Below, piece by piece: positions 49,686 through 62,965 of a stretch of DNA of 64,000 nt. The notes beneath the pieces are model-generated. The model was not told the origin of the DNA, ran no database searches, and saw only the letters and a program-made list of their open reading frames with translations. The DNA comes from Chiloscyllium plagiosum (Eukaryota). Position 1 is the first letter of the stretch. Each line of letters starts with the position of its first letter. A program made the position numbers and the translations under genes. The stretch spans positions 40,788,984 to 40,852,983 of the forward strand of contig NC_057717.1 of assembly GCF_004010195.1 (NCBI RefSeq), in the 5' to 3' direction.

Positions 49686-52679
49686 ACCTCAATAATATTG
49701 TTAAATACAATGACTTATTAAGTTTATTAACTCAGTGGTTATTTATGATCATTGTGAACACATTCTCGTTCACATTAATCATCTGGTTAGTACCTCTGAT
49801 GTATGTTCAATTTCAGTGAATATATTAGACGTGAGGAATTTAGCAAATGTATCCTCTAGGATTAAGTCTGTTGCGCAGTTCGTTTCAGTGCTATCTCTGA
49901 CTAACTTGTCAACGCTCCTGACCATTTGTAAATTGTCCAGTTCTGATACCTGAATCTCAGACAGTTCAATTTTACCTTACGCTTATGAACCACTTTTATC
50001 TGCCAGAAGTGCAGTATTCGATTAGATGCCTCAGAATTGAGAGCCGGGACGAAGTTCTTCCAATCAGAACGAACATTTCAGGTACAAAAGGCAGATAGCA
50101 AGAGATTTGAAATTGGTTGTAGGCAACAAGAGATACTTGATAGAGCGAGGCAGCGGGAAATATGCCGCATATTTTCTTTGTGCCTCAGTTATGCAAGACA
50201 TGTTCAGTGGCATAATGTAGATTCAGAATTTTTTTTGCATTTTATTATTTGAAAACCTATCATCAGCTTTTAATGCCACTGGCAACGGTCATATTACACT
50301 TCAAAACGTATTAATCTTTTTCAAACTAAGTAGATCATCTGGTCCTGCAACATTCACAGGGGAAAGAGAAAGGGAGTTCTAGTTTGGAATCCAGTGACAG
50401 TTAATTGATGGCAATGCATTTCCTAGTTTTATTCCTCTGTAGTTCCCATAGAGTTTGAACAATTTGGAGCTGCTGTCAAAGTATTCTTGGATAAATGTTG
50501 AAATGTAACTTTCATTGTACAAACATTCTGGAACAATCCCTGGTTGTTGGAAGGTGTTAATAACTAACATGGTTTATGTACTGTCAAAACAGGTGGGCTG
50601 TGTTCTCCGTGATAGTGTCAAGCTCATTGTGTTCAGGTCTGTTGTGATGTTGTAGTAGGGTCCCTAATTCTGTGCCAGGTGGCCTGTGTTCACTTACAAC
50701 CTGTTAGAGAAGAATGTAGCACCATCTCTTATCAGGTTACTTCAGTGCAAGAAAGCAGATTGAGATGTTTGGGTGTTTCTGGAATTCCACTCACAGAGGC
50801 CAGTGAAATCTATTCAATCGCTGTCCTGGCTTGTGTCTCTTATATATTAAACAGACTTTTGGTGGTTAGCAGCTTTTTCCAGATCAATATTTGTTCACAA
50901 GCTTTTGGGCATCGCTAGATGGGGTTAATGGAGTAAGTGCTCAAAGAAATCCCAGCTTTTGACTTGCTATTCTAACAGTATCATTTATAACTAATCCAGA
51001 ATGAATCATTTTCGAAGCATATTTGATGAGATTATGCTTAGGCTGTTTTACTTTATATTAAAATGTTGTAGCTGAATTTGATTGTTCAGTGTGGTAGGGG
51101 ATCCGCTGAATCCAACACTTGCAGCAGATGATGATAGCTTTTCAGTTGGTCTTCAATTGCTAACTCCGACCATCCAGGACACCTGCTAAGAATCCTTTTC
51201 TAACAGGAGTCAAGCCAACATGATCCCTGTTTATCTAAATAGGTGTGAGCTCTTGAGCCAAAAATTTGAAAACAATTTGCTGAAGAGGGGGTCTCTGGAT
51301 ATGAAAGGTTAACCTTACTTTCTCTCCACAGGTGCTGCTAGACCTGTTGAGTTTCTCCAGAAATTTCTGTCTTTATTTTCGTTTTCTAGCATTTAAAGTT
51401 TGTTATTTCATTGAAAAAAAGTTCTGTTCGATGAAACATGTTCTTCACAGGAATCATGCATTTGAACATATTGCGAATGATCAGTTATTAAATATCAGAG
51501 AATCATTGAATTTGAGCGCACTGATCTCGAGCTGCAGTTTCACAAGAAACTATTATGAAGTGACAACACACTCCAGAGTGCAGTGGCTGCTGTAATTGGG
51601 TGGAAGTTATTTTGATCACTCAAGTAGAGAATGTTAATGACCCCGTTCCAAATAATCAGCAGAAGTTTTTTTTTACATCATGTGTGAAACAATTAATTTG
51701 TTGAAATATTTTAATAAAATGTATTCACCGCCAGTGCTAGCTTAATGAATGACACAATGATAGGAAGGTAGGAGCAAGAGGAGGGCACTCAGCTCCTCGA
51801 GCTCTTCCACCACTTACTTAGATCATGGTGCATCTGTGAGCTGAATCTACAGGTCTCCCTTTGGCTAAAACTCTTTAACACCTTTGATTAACAAGCAAAA
51901 AACTATCCCAGATTTACTGATTCGACTGCCCGTAACAAAGGGAGACACCATTTCTGAAAGACATTCCTGTGAGTACTGTGACACAATGAGGCTGGAATTA
52001 ATTGCTCATGAAAGTAAATTTTAAATCTCTGACAATTTCCAATTGAAAACTCCCAATCATCATATGTCATTAATTTAACACTATACTTCCCTGGAATAAA
52101 GCAATATAATGTGTGATTACCTTGCTAAAAATGCGGGAAGCTTCATTCCTATTGTATGATTAAGAAATAGCTCTGTTCATTCAGTGAAAACACAGTCAAA
52201 TCACACAAAAGGAAACCACGTGCCTCAAATAATTTTCAATTCTTCCAGTGGTTGTTTGAATCTCTGGACAGGTGTGGAAGTGTCAGACGTTTTATATCGC
52301 CTTGAGAAACTAGTTATCATCAGTCTATTTGAATTGCTGAAGTTTGTGTGGTATTAGCACATTCACAGCGCTGTTAGGAATTGAGTCCAATGGCTGTGAT
52401 TGAGGAAGATGAAACGGGCAGGGAACTAGTTGAGAGTCAAGTTGAAGTCTGATTTGGAGGAAAGCTTTCAGGAGAAGCATTTACAAGCATGTGCGCCCTT
52501 ATCCTCAAGGATCACAATGTTGGAACATGATGCTGAAGGGACATGTCAGCATGCAAACTGGAAGCTGAAGAAGGCACCTCGGCCCCTCTAGAATGCTATT
52601 CCATTCATGGGATCATCATTAATATTGCTGCTCACCAGTCTTCCCAACACTCGATAACATTGAACCTGATTGTTTACTG

Positions 52680-53500
52680 TTCAGCAAAAGAATCGTGAAC
52701 CTTTGGAATTCTCCACCACAGAAATTGATTGAGGACAAAACATTAAGTGATTTCAATAAGGAGATAGATTCCTTCAATCCTTAAAAAAGTGCTACGGATA
52801 TGTGGGAGAAAGGGAAACAGGCTACAATATTGGTTGAAAGCCATGAATACATTGAATGGGGCATGGTTTGTAAGTTTGCACGTAACACCAACATTGGTGG
52901 TATAATTGGCAGTGAAAGTCATCTAAACGTACAATGAGACCTTGATCAGCTGGGCCAATGGGCTTATGAGTGGCAGATGGAGTTTAATTTAAATGAATAC
53001 GAAGTGTTGTTTTTTGAGAAGACAAATCAGGTCACAACTTAGAGTTAATGGTAGGGCATTGGATAGTGATGTAAAACACAGGGCCCTGAGGTTCCAGACT
53101 CATAGAGTCTGACACAGTTAATGGTAAGGCGCTGGGTAGTGATGTTGAACACTGAAGACCCTGAGGGTTCAGACTCATAGATTCTTGAAAGCGTCGTCTC
53201 AAGTACCTAGTGTGTTGAAGGTGTTTGGCACATGTACCTTCATTGGTCATAGCACTGAGTGCAGGAGTTAGGGCTTCATGTTGTAACTGTCCAAAACATT
53301 GGAATGAACTGCCAGAGGAAGTGGTAAATGCAGAGATAGGTCCAACATTTAGAAGACATTTGAACAGCTACAGGAACTGGATAGTTCTGGATGGATATGG
53401 GCCAAAGGCAGGCAAGTGGAATTACTTTAATTTGGGGACTCTGGTCAACATTGATGAGCTGGACCAAAGAAACTGTTTCTGTGCTGTATGACTTTATGAT
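52680..53500 (+). mobile_element. Degenerate CR1 fragments
   Basis: WQMEFN and HWNELPEEVV motifs; 3' UTR tail. Confidence 0.7.
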
Positions 53501-54136
53501 TCACTGACTTTATGGTGCAGTACGCTCAAAGTCGGAAGGTGGTGAGCAAGTGAGGGGATAGATTGGGCATGTGGGAGAGTTTGGGCTGGTAGGCTGTGAG
53601 GTGTTGGCTGGCTGCTGGGTAAGCTTGCATGCACTCTGTCTGGCAAGGTGGCATCAAGGTAAATGGTAATGGTCACAGGATAATTTGATCGAATTGTGCT
53701 TGGTAGGTGAGGGGTAGTTTGAGCTGAAATGCAGGAGGTCTGTCTTTGCCAGGCTGGTTTATGGAAAGGAGGGCAGGATGCCAGGCTGGTTAATGTAGAG
53801 GTGGGCAGAGTGCCAGGATGTTTCGGGGGTGGAAGGTCACTGTAATGAAGTGACAGGTGGACGTGTTGTCAAAATGAAAAGCTCGGAGTCTGGCAAAATG
53901 GTAGGTGGTAAAGCACAGGTGCGAAAGGAGCTAGGATGCAATGTGCACAGGTTGACTTGGATAAGATGAGAGGTCAGTGATCAAGGGCTGAGGTCATGTC
54001 TTGGGTAGTGGGCGTTTGTCTGAGGTTGTGAAAATGATGGTACCAGGTCCAGTCAGGGCCAGATTCACCATGGGCCAGGTGCAGGGCGGCAGGAGTGTAG
54101 ATGAGTGAAAGGAATTGAGATCATATGTCCATCTGG

Positions 54137-54797
54137 AATATAGAATATAGAACATTACGGTGCAGTACAGGCCCTTCAGCCCTCAATGTTGAGCCAATCT
54201 GAAGCCTATCTATCCTACACTATTCCATTTTCATCCATATGTTTATCCAATGACCTTTTAAATGCCCTTAAAGTTGGCGAGTCTATTATTGTTGCAGGCA
54301 ATGTATTCCATGGCCCTACTACTCTCTGAGTAAAGAAACAACCTCTGACATCTGTCATCTATGTCCTCTCCTGCTAGCCATCACTATTCAAGGAAACAGA
54401 CTTTCACTGTCCACCCTCTGTTTATCTTTTATATCTCAATTAAGTCACTTCTCAACCTTCTTCTGTCAAACAAAAACAGCCTCAAGACCCTCATCCTTTC
54501 CTCATTAAACCTTCCTGCCATACCAAACAACATCCTGGTAAACCTCTGATCTCTTCCAAATCTTCCACATTCTTTCGAGAATGTGGTGACCAGAACAGTA
54601 CACAATACACCCAAGTGCGGCCACACCAGAGTTTTGTACAGCTGCTGCCTAACCTCGTGGTTCTGAAACTCAGTCCCTCTATCGATGAAAGCCAACACAA
54701 AGTATACCTTCTAAACAACTCTATCAAACTGGCTGGCAACTTTTAGGGATCTATGTCCATGGACACCGAGATCTCTCTGCTCAGCTACACTACCAAT
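54137..54797 (-). mobile_element. CR1 3' fragment
   Basis: ORF 54429-54698 (LAFIDRG..QLYKTLV..RRLRSDLIE); TAGAA tail. Confidence 0.85.
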
Positions 54798-55261
54798 ATG
54801 GATTGCCTTGGATGTGTTTCGTGTGATAGGGGTTGTGTGTTCCGGGCATGAATGGGTGTATAGCAGGGTAGGGTTTGTCAATGTGAGTGGGAACTTAGGT
54901 CTCGACAGAGTAAGTGCAGTGGTTAGTCTGAAAGATGAGGTTTGGTGGTGAACTGCGTGTCAGTTTGATAGTTATTAAAGTTAAAGATCACTTCTTAATT
55001 TCTCAAATCATATTTACGTAAATACTCAGCTAACACTACAAAGTCTCTGAACCTTAATAGTCCTCCATTTTTCAGAGGCCTCCAGAATTCAGATAATTGT
55101 AAATGAGATGTTTCAACTTCCAGACAATTGGCATGAGTTCAGCCGTGACAGCCATCCTCCCAGTCCCAGTGCTCAGCTCCTGCCTGTCCTGCTGCGGCAG
55201 TGACCTTGCTCCCAGAGAGAACATTCTGCCTTGCATTGATAAGTGAGGAAGGCTCACTGGA

Positions 55262-55560
55262 CCTGATTTCCAAGTATGGGGACGGCAAACACGAGGGGAC
55301 ACAACTTTAAAATGAGGGGAGATACGTATAAGACAGATGTCAGAGGTCGTTTCTTTACTCAGAGTAGGAAGGGTATGGAATGCTTTGCCTGCAACGGTAG
55401 TAGATTCGCCAAGTTTAAGTACATTTAAGTCGTCATTGGACAGGCATATGAACGTACATGGAATAGTGTAGGTGGGATGGGCTTCAGATTAGTATGACAG
55501 GGCAGCACAACATCGAGGGCCGAAGGGCCTGTACTGCGCTGTACAGTTCTATGTTCTATG
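55262..55560 (+). mobile_element. Short 5'-truncated CR1 3' end
   Basis: TDVRGRFFTQRV; tail TTCTATGTTCTATG. Confidence 0.85.
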
Positions 55561-55627
55561 ATTCACTCTGATTTCTCTCCGGGGGTACTACCAGCTGTTG
55601 GGTATTTCCAGCAGCACAGTACCTAGT

Positions 55628-55910
55628 GGGGCAGCACGCTGGTTCTGTGCTTAGTGCTGCTGTCTCACAGTGCTAGGGACTCGGGTTCCATTCCAGCCTC
55701 GACTGACTGTCTGTGAGCGTTTCCTCCCACAGTCCAAAGATGTGCAAGCTTGGGGAATTGCAAATGTTGTGTTCAGTGATTGGGAGGTTAGGTGCATTAG
55801 TCAGGGTTAACTGTAGCATAATAGGGTAGGGGAATGGGTCTGGATGCGTTAATTTTCAGAGGGTGGATGTGGACTTGTTGGGCCAAATGGCCTGTTTGCA
55901 CACACTGTCG
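55628..55910 (+). mobile_element. HE1-like SINE with internal deletion
   Basis: Head and body match the other copies. Confidence 0.75.
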
Positions 55911-56259
55911 AATTTCGATGAATCTGCATTTCCTTGGTTTGTATTTTGTGAAACGTCTCTGCTCTTCACAGCAATCCAATGGAAGCGTCAGTTGGTGAGA
56001 TCTTCAAACAGTTACTGGGGTGGGATCAGGATGTTCTTCTTCCTAAATTATATGGCAATGGTCAAGATCGAGGGCATGTTTCTAAAGAGGGAACCAATGA
56101 TCATGATCAGCAACTGGTAGGAAACAAAAATAAATTCCAGTTATGCTGTAGTTTCAGCGGGAGCATACTGGCAAACGTTTACAGCTGAGGATACATTTGA
56201 GTAACTGATAAGGTCAAATGAACAGAAACTAACATGCTCACTTGGTCATTCGATTGTAG

Positions 56260-56565
56260 AGACACCATCTCCCCCCACGCTTTATGGCCTGGTCTCCTCC
56301 TGTCAGGAGCACAACACCGGTTCTGCAATCTTTGGTTGTTTGGCGATGGACTATTCCCCTGACGTCACGAAGGTAACCTGGAAGAAAGGTGGGGAGCTAA
56401 TCACGACTGGATTGAAGACTTACCCATCAGTGAAAAACAAGAAGGGAACCTACACCCTGAGCAGACAGTTAACCCTGCCTGAGTCAGCGGTAGGTTGCCC
56501 CAGCAAAATCTACTGTGAGGTTCAACACAGCGGGTCACACAAGAGCAAAGAAATGCCATGTCCAG
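56260..56565 (+). pseudogene. IGHM: IgM Cmu1 exon (open frame)
   Basis: TTGTAG|(E)[41 protein letters not shown]|GTACG; 306 nt. Confidence 0.95.
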
Positions 56566-56574
56566 GTACGTTTT

Positions 56575-59340
56575 CACAGAATCACCTTATACAGCACAGG
56601 AAAAAGGCCCTTTGATCCACCCAATTCACGCCTATCAATAACAGCCACCTAACTATTCCAGTCTCATGTGCCAGCCTTGTGTGACTTGCCCTTGCAAGGA
56701 TACTTCATACTTATTATGAGGGGCTCAGTCTCTACATGGCTTATAGGTGCTGAGCTCCAGGCTAACACCACCCTCTGTTTGATTTTGTTTTCTCCTGAGA
56801 TCCACTTGGAACCTCCTGGCCTTACCTTCACCCTGTGCCCCTGAGGCATTGTTCTCTCCATCAAGGGGAAAGGTTTCATCCAATTTACCCTGTCTATGCC
56901 TAAAATAATTCTAGACATCATGATCATCTTCTCCCTAATTCTCCTCTGCTCCAAGGAAAACCCCTGTCTATCTAATCTAGTTTCATAACTAAAACCCTCC
57001 AACCCAGGCAAGATCCTGGCAAATCTCATCAATACTGCCTTCAGTGTAATCACATTCCTTCGATAACATGCACACAACGCTTCAGTATGGTCTAACCAGT
57101 GTTCTATTAAGTTCCAGTATCATCTCACCACTCTTCATTGTCAATGTCTAGGCTAATAAAAGCAAATATCCTCCCACTTTCTTAGCCTCTTTATCCAGAC
57201 GACACAGTACTGTAGGGGTTCGGTGAGTACATGCACCAAAGATCCTCAGGCCTTTCCAGGGTTCCACCATTCAAAACGTCATACCTCACAGATTCTTCTG
57301 CCGAATTACATCACCTTACAATAATCCAGAATAATTTCCATTTGCAACTTCTCTTCACAAAGAACCAACCCTTGTATATCCTCTTGCAATCTAAAGCCAT
57401 TATGCTCATGACTTACCAACATGACTGTTTTCATTTCATCTATGAATTCACAGGTTAATCCTGCTCAATTTGAGTCTCAATCATTGGTATGTAAGAGAAA
57501 TAGCAAGGAAATCAACACCAATCCCTACAGAACACCAGGAGACATAGATTTCCAGTCACGCAGACACCCGATGTCTATTATCCTGCTCCCATCACTCAGC
57601 CAGTTCTAGATCCAATCTATCAAATTAACTCGGATCCCATTGGCTCTGATTATTGCTATCATCTGGACATCGAGTTGTCTCTCTGAAACCTACTATCAAA
57701 TTGTTACACATGACTTCTCTCAATAAAACCGTGCTGAAAATTTTTGATTTATCTTCCAAATTAAGACTAATTTCACTTCTCAATAGTTTCCTCAATAGCT
57801 TGACAGATCTGTGTTTTCATTATTTATCCCTTCTTTCGTCCTGCATAACAGTGCAACGTTGGCTGATCTACACTCACTTGGCACAACTGCTGTGGCCAGA
57901 CAGGAATTCTAAATTATTTCAGCCGACCCAACTATTTCATCCTTTGATCGCTCAACCCGCTTGGTATACTTTTCACCTGCCCTGGAAATATAACCACTTT
58001 TCATTCAGCAAGACAACACAGAACATCACATCATGTCTCCTAATTTCTGAAAACTACATCACAACACCCCTCCATGATTTCGGTCCCCACATTGTCCCTC
58101 TTACTAGTGAACACTGACACAACACATTCGTTTCGACCACAACCTAATCCTCCGGCTCCACTCCAATAATAACATTAATGAGCATTACTTTTACCCGAAT
58201 AATTCTTTTATTATGAATAGGCCTGTAACTTTTAAATATATTTTCCTTTAGTTTGACTGCCATTATTTTCTCATGGTCCCTTTTGCTCTTCTAATTCCGT
58301 TGTCTTTCAAACTCCCCCTTGCACGTTCTGTACTCCATACTAGTTTCTATTGTTTTGAGATTTCAGTATAGACTGGAAGCCTCCCTTGTTTCTCTTTATC
58401 TCACCCTCTGTCCCCTTTGCTGTCCAGAGCCCGCCGCATTCTTGGTCCCACGCAGTGGCTTCCTGGCAAATGTCCTCGCTGTGATTTTCCTATCTCTTTC
58501 TTAAATGTGTCACACTGCTTTGACTCGGATTTAACAATAAGTATCAGCTTCCAGTCCACTCTGGTCAAGTCATTACCTGATCTTACGAAAATTGTCCTTC
58601 CCCTTTTCAGAACTTTGGGCCAATTTCTATTCCCTTGCAGTACAATCTGAAATCCAACTGATTCACGATCACTGTCTGCAAAGTGCTCCGCCATTGATGT
58701 TTTACCCACTGGGTCGACTTCATTCCCTAAAGTTAAGTTCAGGTTCACCCCTCTCTTGCAAGGTCTGGATTAAAATTCTCTGTATTAAACACATACTTTG
58801 TTAAAGTATTCTCCTGGGGGCATTTTCAGAATTGTGCTCCCTCTGAATTTTTGACAAAATGAATATCCAAGCCTAGGCTGAGGAAGTTAAAAACCTCTTT
58901 TCTCATTCCGCTATTTAATTTACATTTCTCTGAAGTTTGCCCATGTATTTGCACTTGGTCTTTTGGACCTATAGTAAGGCCTATCGTGCTCTCCCAGTAG
59001 TTATTTTTGCTGTATTTTGGTTTTGAAGTACTGTCCATTTGCCTTTGTTCCAGGAATTATCCATGGTTTCATTTCTCTTTACAGCGTAAAATACTCTTGT
59101 CAGAATTGCGACAGAAGCAGCTCCTTTTCCATCTTTCCCTATCTCGCCTGAAGGCAATAATCCTGGAATATTGAATAGCCACTCCCTCCCCGCTCTCAAT
59201 ATGTCTCCGTGATAGCAACCGCATCATTTCCTCATTTATGCCGGTAATTCATCTGCCTTGTTCATCAGACTCTGTCATTGAAACGAATACCATCCAACGT
59301 TGCATCTCCCTTCTGATTTAACCGGCCTATAGTTTCTATG
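56575..59340 (-). mobile_element. Old CR1 fragments in the Cmu1-Cmu2 intron (~56575-57650 and ~58190-59340)
   Basis: RFARILPGLEGFSYETRL; EHFADSD; EWLFNIPG. Confidence 0.7.
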
Positions 59341-59532
59341 CCTCCTTGACTCCCTTGCTGTGTCTTATAATTTTAGCCTTTCACATTGTCCTGCTGATCT
59401 TTCTGTGTGGATCCAGCACTCTGCACAATTATGATTCTTGTATCCATTAACCACAAGAAACCTTGCTATATGAGGACTGATTGTATTTGTTCTGTAATTC
59501 GTCAGATAATTTATGCGATGTATTTCCGAAAG

Positions 59533-59833
59533 ATCTAGGTATTCTCCAACCAACTCTTCTCCTAACTGTGAGCTCCAGTGAAGAAATCGCAAGCAGTAAG
59601 TTTGCAACCGTCGTCTGTTCAATCATCGATTTCCATCCGAAGTCAATCTCCGTGAGTTGGTTGAAAAATAGCCGACGCCTTGATTCTGGCTTCTTCACGT
59701 CTCCCGTGTGTGAGGCGAACGGGAACTTCTCGGTGATGAGTCCCTGATGGTGAATGGTTCAACAGCGCAGTCTATACCTGCCAGGTCACTCATGGAGAGA
59801 ACATTCAAAGTAAAAACATCACCGCACTCCAGG
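59533..59833 (+). pseudogene. IGHM: IgM Cmu2 exon, frameshifted (alternative acceptor at 59506, same phase)
   Basis: [40 protein letters not shown]; continues [17 protein letters not shown] in the +1 frame; donor G|GTAAG at 59834. Confidence 0.92.
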
Positions 59834-59999
59834 GTAAGAGACACACACTGAGAGAGCTACAAATCATTCTGAACTCTGATGAAAATCAAACACACTAATT
59901 TATCAGGCGTAGTAAACAGCACGGTACAGCTTCTCATTTCCCAACATGCCACGTATCTCATATTAGTTTGAGTATTACATTAGCATTGCTCATATTTCA

Positions 60000-60960
60000 G
60001 CATTTTGGCAAGTCAGAAAAGCATGTTTCCCCTCTGTTGAAGAAAGATACATAAACAGTGAGCTTTGCGAAATAGTTTGTTGCCTCACCATGCTGGGAGT
60101 GGCATTCAGAGTGCTGAATCCTTGCCTGGTAGTCGCTTCAAGGATAAGTTAGGGGTGGAGGGGGATATTGGATAGATATCTGATTGAAACATAGAAAATA
60201 CTGAGAGCCTTAGGTCGAGTGAACGTGGAATAGATGTTTTGACTGGTGGGCGAGACTAGAACCCAAGGGCACAGTCTCAGGGTCAAAGCGGCACCGTTTA
60301 GAACTGAGATGGGGAGTAATTTCTTCAGCCAGAGGGTGATGAGTCTGTGGAACTTGTTGCTGCAGAGTGCTGTGGAGGCCCGGCCATTGTGTGTACTCAA
60401 GCCAGAGATAGATCGGCTCTTGTTTAGTACGGGGAGAAGGCAGGAGAATGGCTTTAGCCCGAAAGATCGATTTTCCTGCTCATCGGATGCTGCCTGACCT
60501 GCTGTGAGTTTCCAGCATCATTCTGATCTAAACTCTGGATTGGCCGAACAGCCTTATTCTGATCCTCTACCTTATGATGTTGGGGTCTCAAAATGACGTG
60601 GTTAAAATATGCAGTGACCCTTACTTGAAAATAAATCAAAATGCGTTGAATGCTTCATCCCCTGCTCTGGAACGACCTGTTGGCCTTGGACACTGTACGA
60701 CATCGATTTCTATCTGGTACTGAGCTCTTTAACTTCATTTATGGGATCAGACCACAGACCAAGTGGCTATCACATTTGATGAACTGGGATAAACGTGATC
60801 TGACTGAGCTTCTTGAAGATGCTCTCTGTAATTAATGGATGAGGCAGGAGAATAAATTCTGGTGGGAATGCTACAATAGCGATGAATGAACGAGAAACTC
60901 GAGACAGGCTGATTTAGCCTGGTTTGGGGTGGCGATGTTTACACAGTGAGTAGTGGATGT
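60000..60960 (+). mobile_element. Old CR1 fragments with a short Penelope-derived piece
   Basis: TRTQGHSLRV..FFSQRVMSLWN. Confidence 0.65.
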
Positions 60961-61272
60961 CTATAAAATTAGTGTACATTTCCATCGCGTTTGTAGATTA
61001 ATTTAAGACGCTTTTGTTTTTATTTTCTCCCCTGCTCTGTGAAAAAATTAAAAACTGCAGCTTGGTAAATAAAGTGAAAGTACAGACCAGTTATGAACTA
61101 ACTGAATAGAGGGAAAGACTTAAGGAGATGGGTGTCCTTCTCGATACCCAATGCTGTACGCAATGTCTTGTTTTCAGATCTACTCCAAACACAGCCCATG
61201 AGGAACAATGACATAAATTAGAGAATGACATCACACCAATAACGCAAAGTATTTTTGATCACGTTAAATATA

Positions 61273-62033
61273 ATGAACAGAATTTCCATGGCTGTTCACC
61301 GCTCCTGTAACACTTTAGAACTGTGCAAAGAGAATAATTATTATTTATTATAATTTGTCCAAAATTTGGGATGTGATTTAGCATTCAACGTGACCAGCAG
61401 CACTTGCACCTAAGGGTTATGAACATGGAAATGGACTCATTATATTCAGATTACTCTTCTCACAAGTATCAATAGATGGTCTTAAGTGAGAGACAAACTC
61501 TGAAAGAAAGGTAATTCCATTAGTTACATGATGGTATCTTCGATTATTTTACTTCTTTCGCAGGTTTCACTTGTTACAAATCCAGTGTTCTTTCGGAATA
61601 ATTACACAGGGTATGTTATAGGTAATCANNNNNNNNNNNNNNNNNNNNNNNNNNNNNNNNNATGAACAGAATTTCCATGGCTGTTCACCGCTCCTGTAAC
61701 ACTTCAGAACTCTGCAAAGAGAATAATTTTTATTTATTATAATTTGTCCAAAATTTGGGATGTGATTTGGCAGTCAGTGTGACCAGCTGCCAGTGTGACC
61801 AGCAGCACTTGTACCAAAAGGTTATGAACATGGAAATGAGCTCATTATATTCAGATTACTCTTGTCACAAGTATCAATGGATGGTCTTAAGTGAGAGACA
61901 AACTCTGAAAGAAAGGTAATTCCATGGGTTACATGATGGTATCTTTGATGATTTTACTTTTTTCACAGGTTTCACTTGTTACAAAGCCAGTGTTCTTTAG
62001 GAATAATTACTCAGGGTATGCTACAGGTAATCA
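61273..62033. repeat. Direct duplication of ~360 bp on either side of a 33-N gap (61629-61661)
   Basis: 61273-61628 versus 61662-62033, both starting ATGAACAGAATTTCCATGG. Confidence 0.95.
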
Positions 62034-62202
62034 CAAATGTTTCACAGATCAAAACACATCAACAATAGTAAGCATCGTTTCAGCAATAGTTGGAGTTGCC
62101 ATTTTGAAGGTGGTGGCTTCACCCTGTGAAGGAGTAATCTGAAGATTGGCTGTTTGTATCAGAAAGGGGCATTTTTCATTGACTTTGATTTTTGTTTCAT
62201 AG

Positions 62203-62510
62203 AAGATACCGAGTGCCACCTAACACCTTTAAAATCCTCCCACCTCCAGTAGAACAAGTCTTACTGGAGGCGACGGTGACGTTAACCTGCGTTGTGTCCA
62301 ATCTTCCTTCTGGAATCAACGTGACCTGTAAACAAGAAGAGAAGCCTCTGAAATCAGAGATTACTGACCAGCCTGGACAGAATCCCGACAGTGTGATCAG
62401 CAAATTAGACATTTCTACTGAAGCCTGGCTGAATGGCGTTACTTTTGGATGTGTGGTGTACCATCAGAATCTACCGACTCCGCTGAGAGACTCCATCCAC
62501 AAGGAGAAAG
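62203..62510 (+). pseudogene. IGHM: IgM Cmu3 exon, 1-nt frameshift near the start and core Trp->Cys
   Basis: CATAG acceptor; [44 protein letters not shown]|GTGAG; 308 nt, not a multiple of 3. Confidence 0.92.
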
Positions 62511-62965
62511 GTGAGCGGTGAGATTAAAACACAAAGCATCCCATGAGTAATCCAGATCCAGTTACAGCAATGGCAGGCTTTGATTGGTAATGAACAAACA
62601 CCATTGGGGGCATTAATGATGCATCTTAAAGCAGGATAGCTAGGTAGCTGATTAAGAAAAAGATGGACCAAAGGATATTGTATTCTGATTAAGTCAGATA
62701 GGGTGGGAGGAAGCCTGGGTTGTGACGTTACAATCAGCAATGACAGTTGGGCAGAATGCCCTTGTTGTGGGCTGGAAACATGGAGGCAACTTTCACATTA
62801 AACTTTACTCCTTTTACTGAACAGAATGTGTATCATACTGCTCCTTTAGAAAACGAAAGTGAATAAATCCCAAATTAAAAATGGCGTATTTTAATATTTA
62901 GTGAAATTGTGATATTGATTCAGGACTTTTTTGGTTGATTTATATTTGACTCAAATATTCTGCAG

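Noticed and set aside
61924-62142. Possible Ig transmembrane exon
   Set aside because: Lies upstream of Cmu3, overlaps the duplicated intron block and lacks the conserved Ig TM (CART) motif
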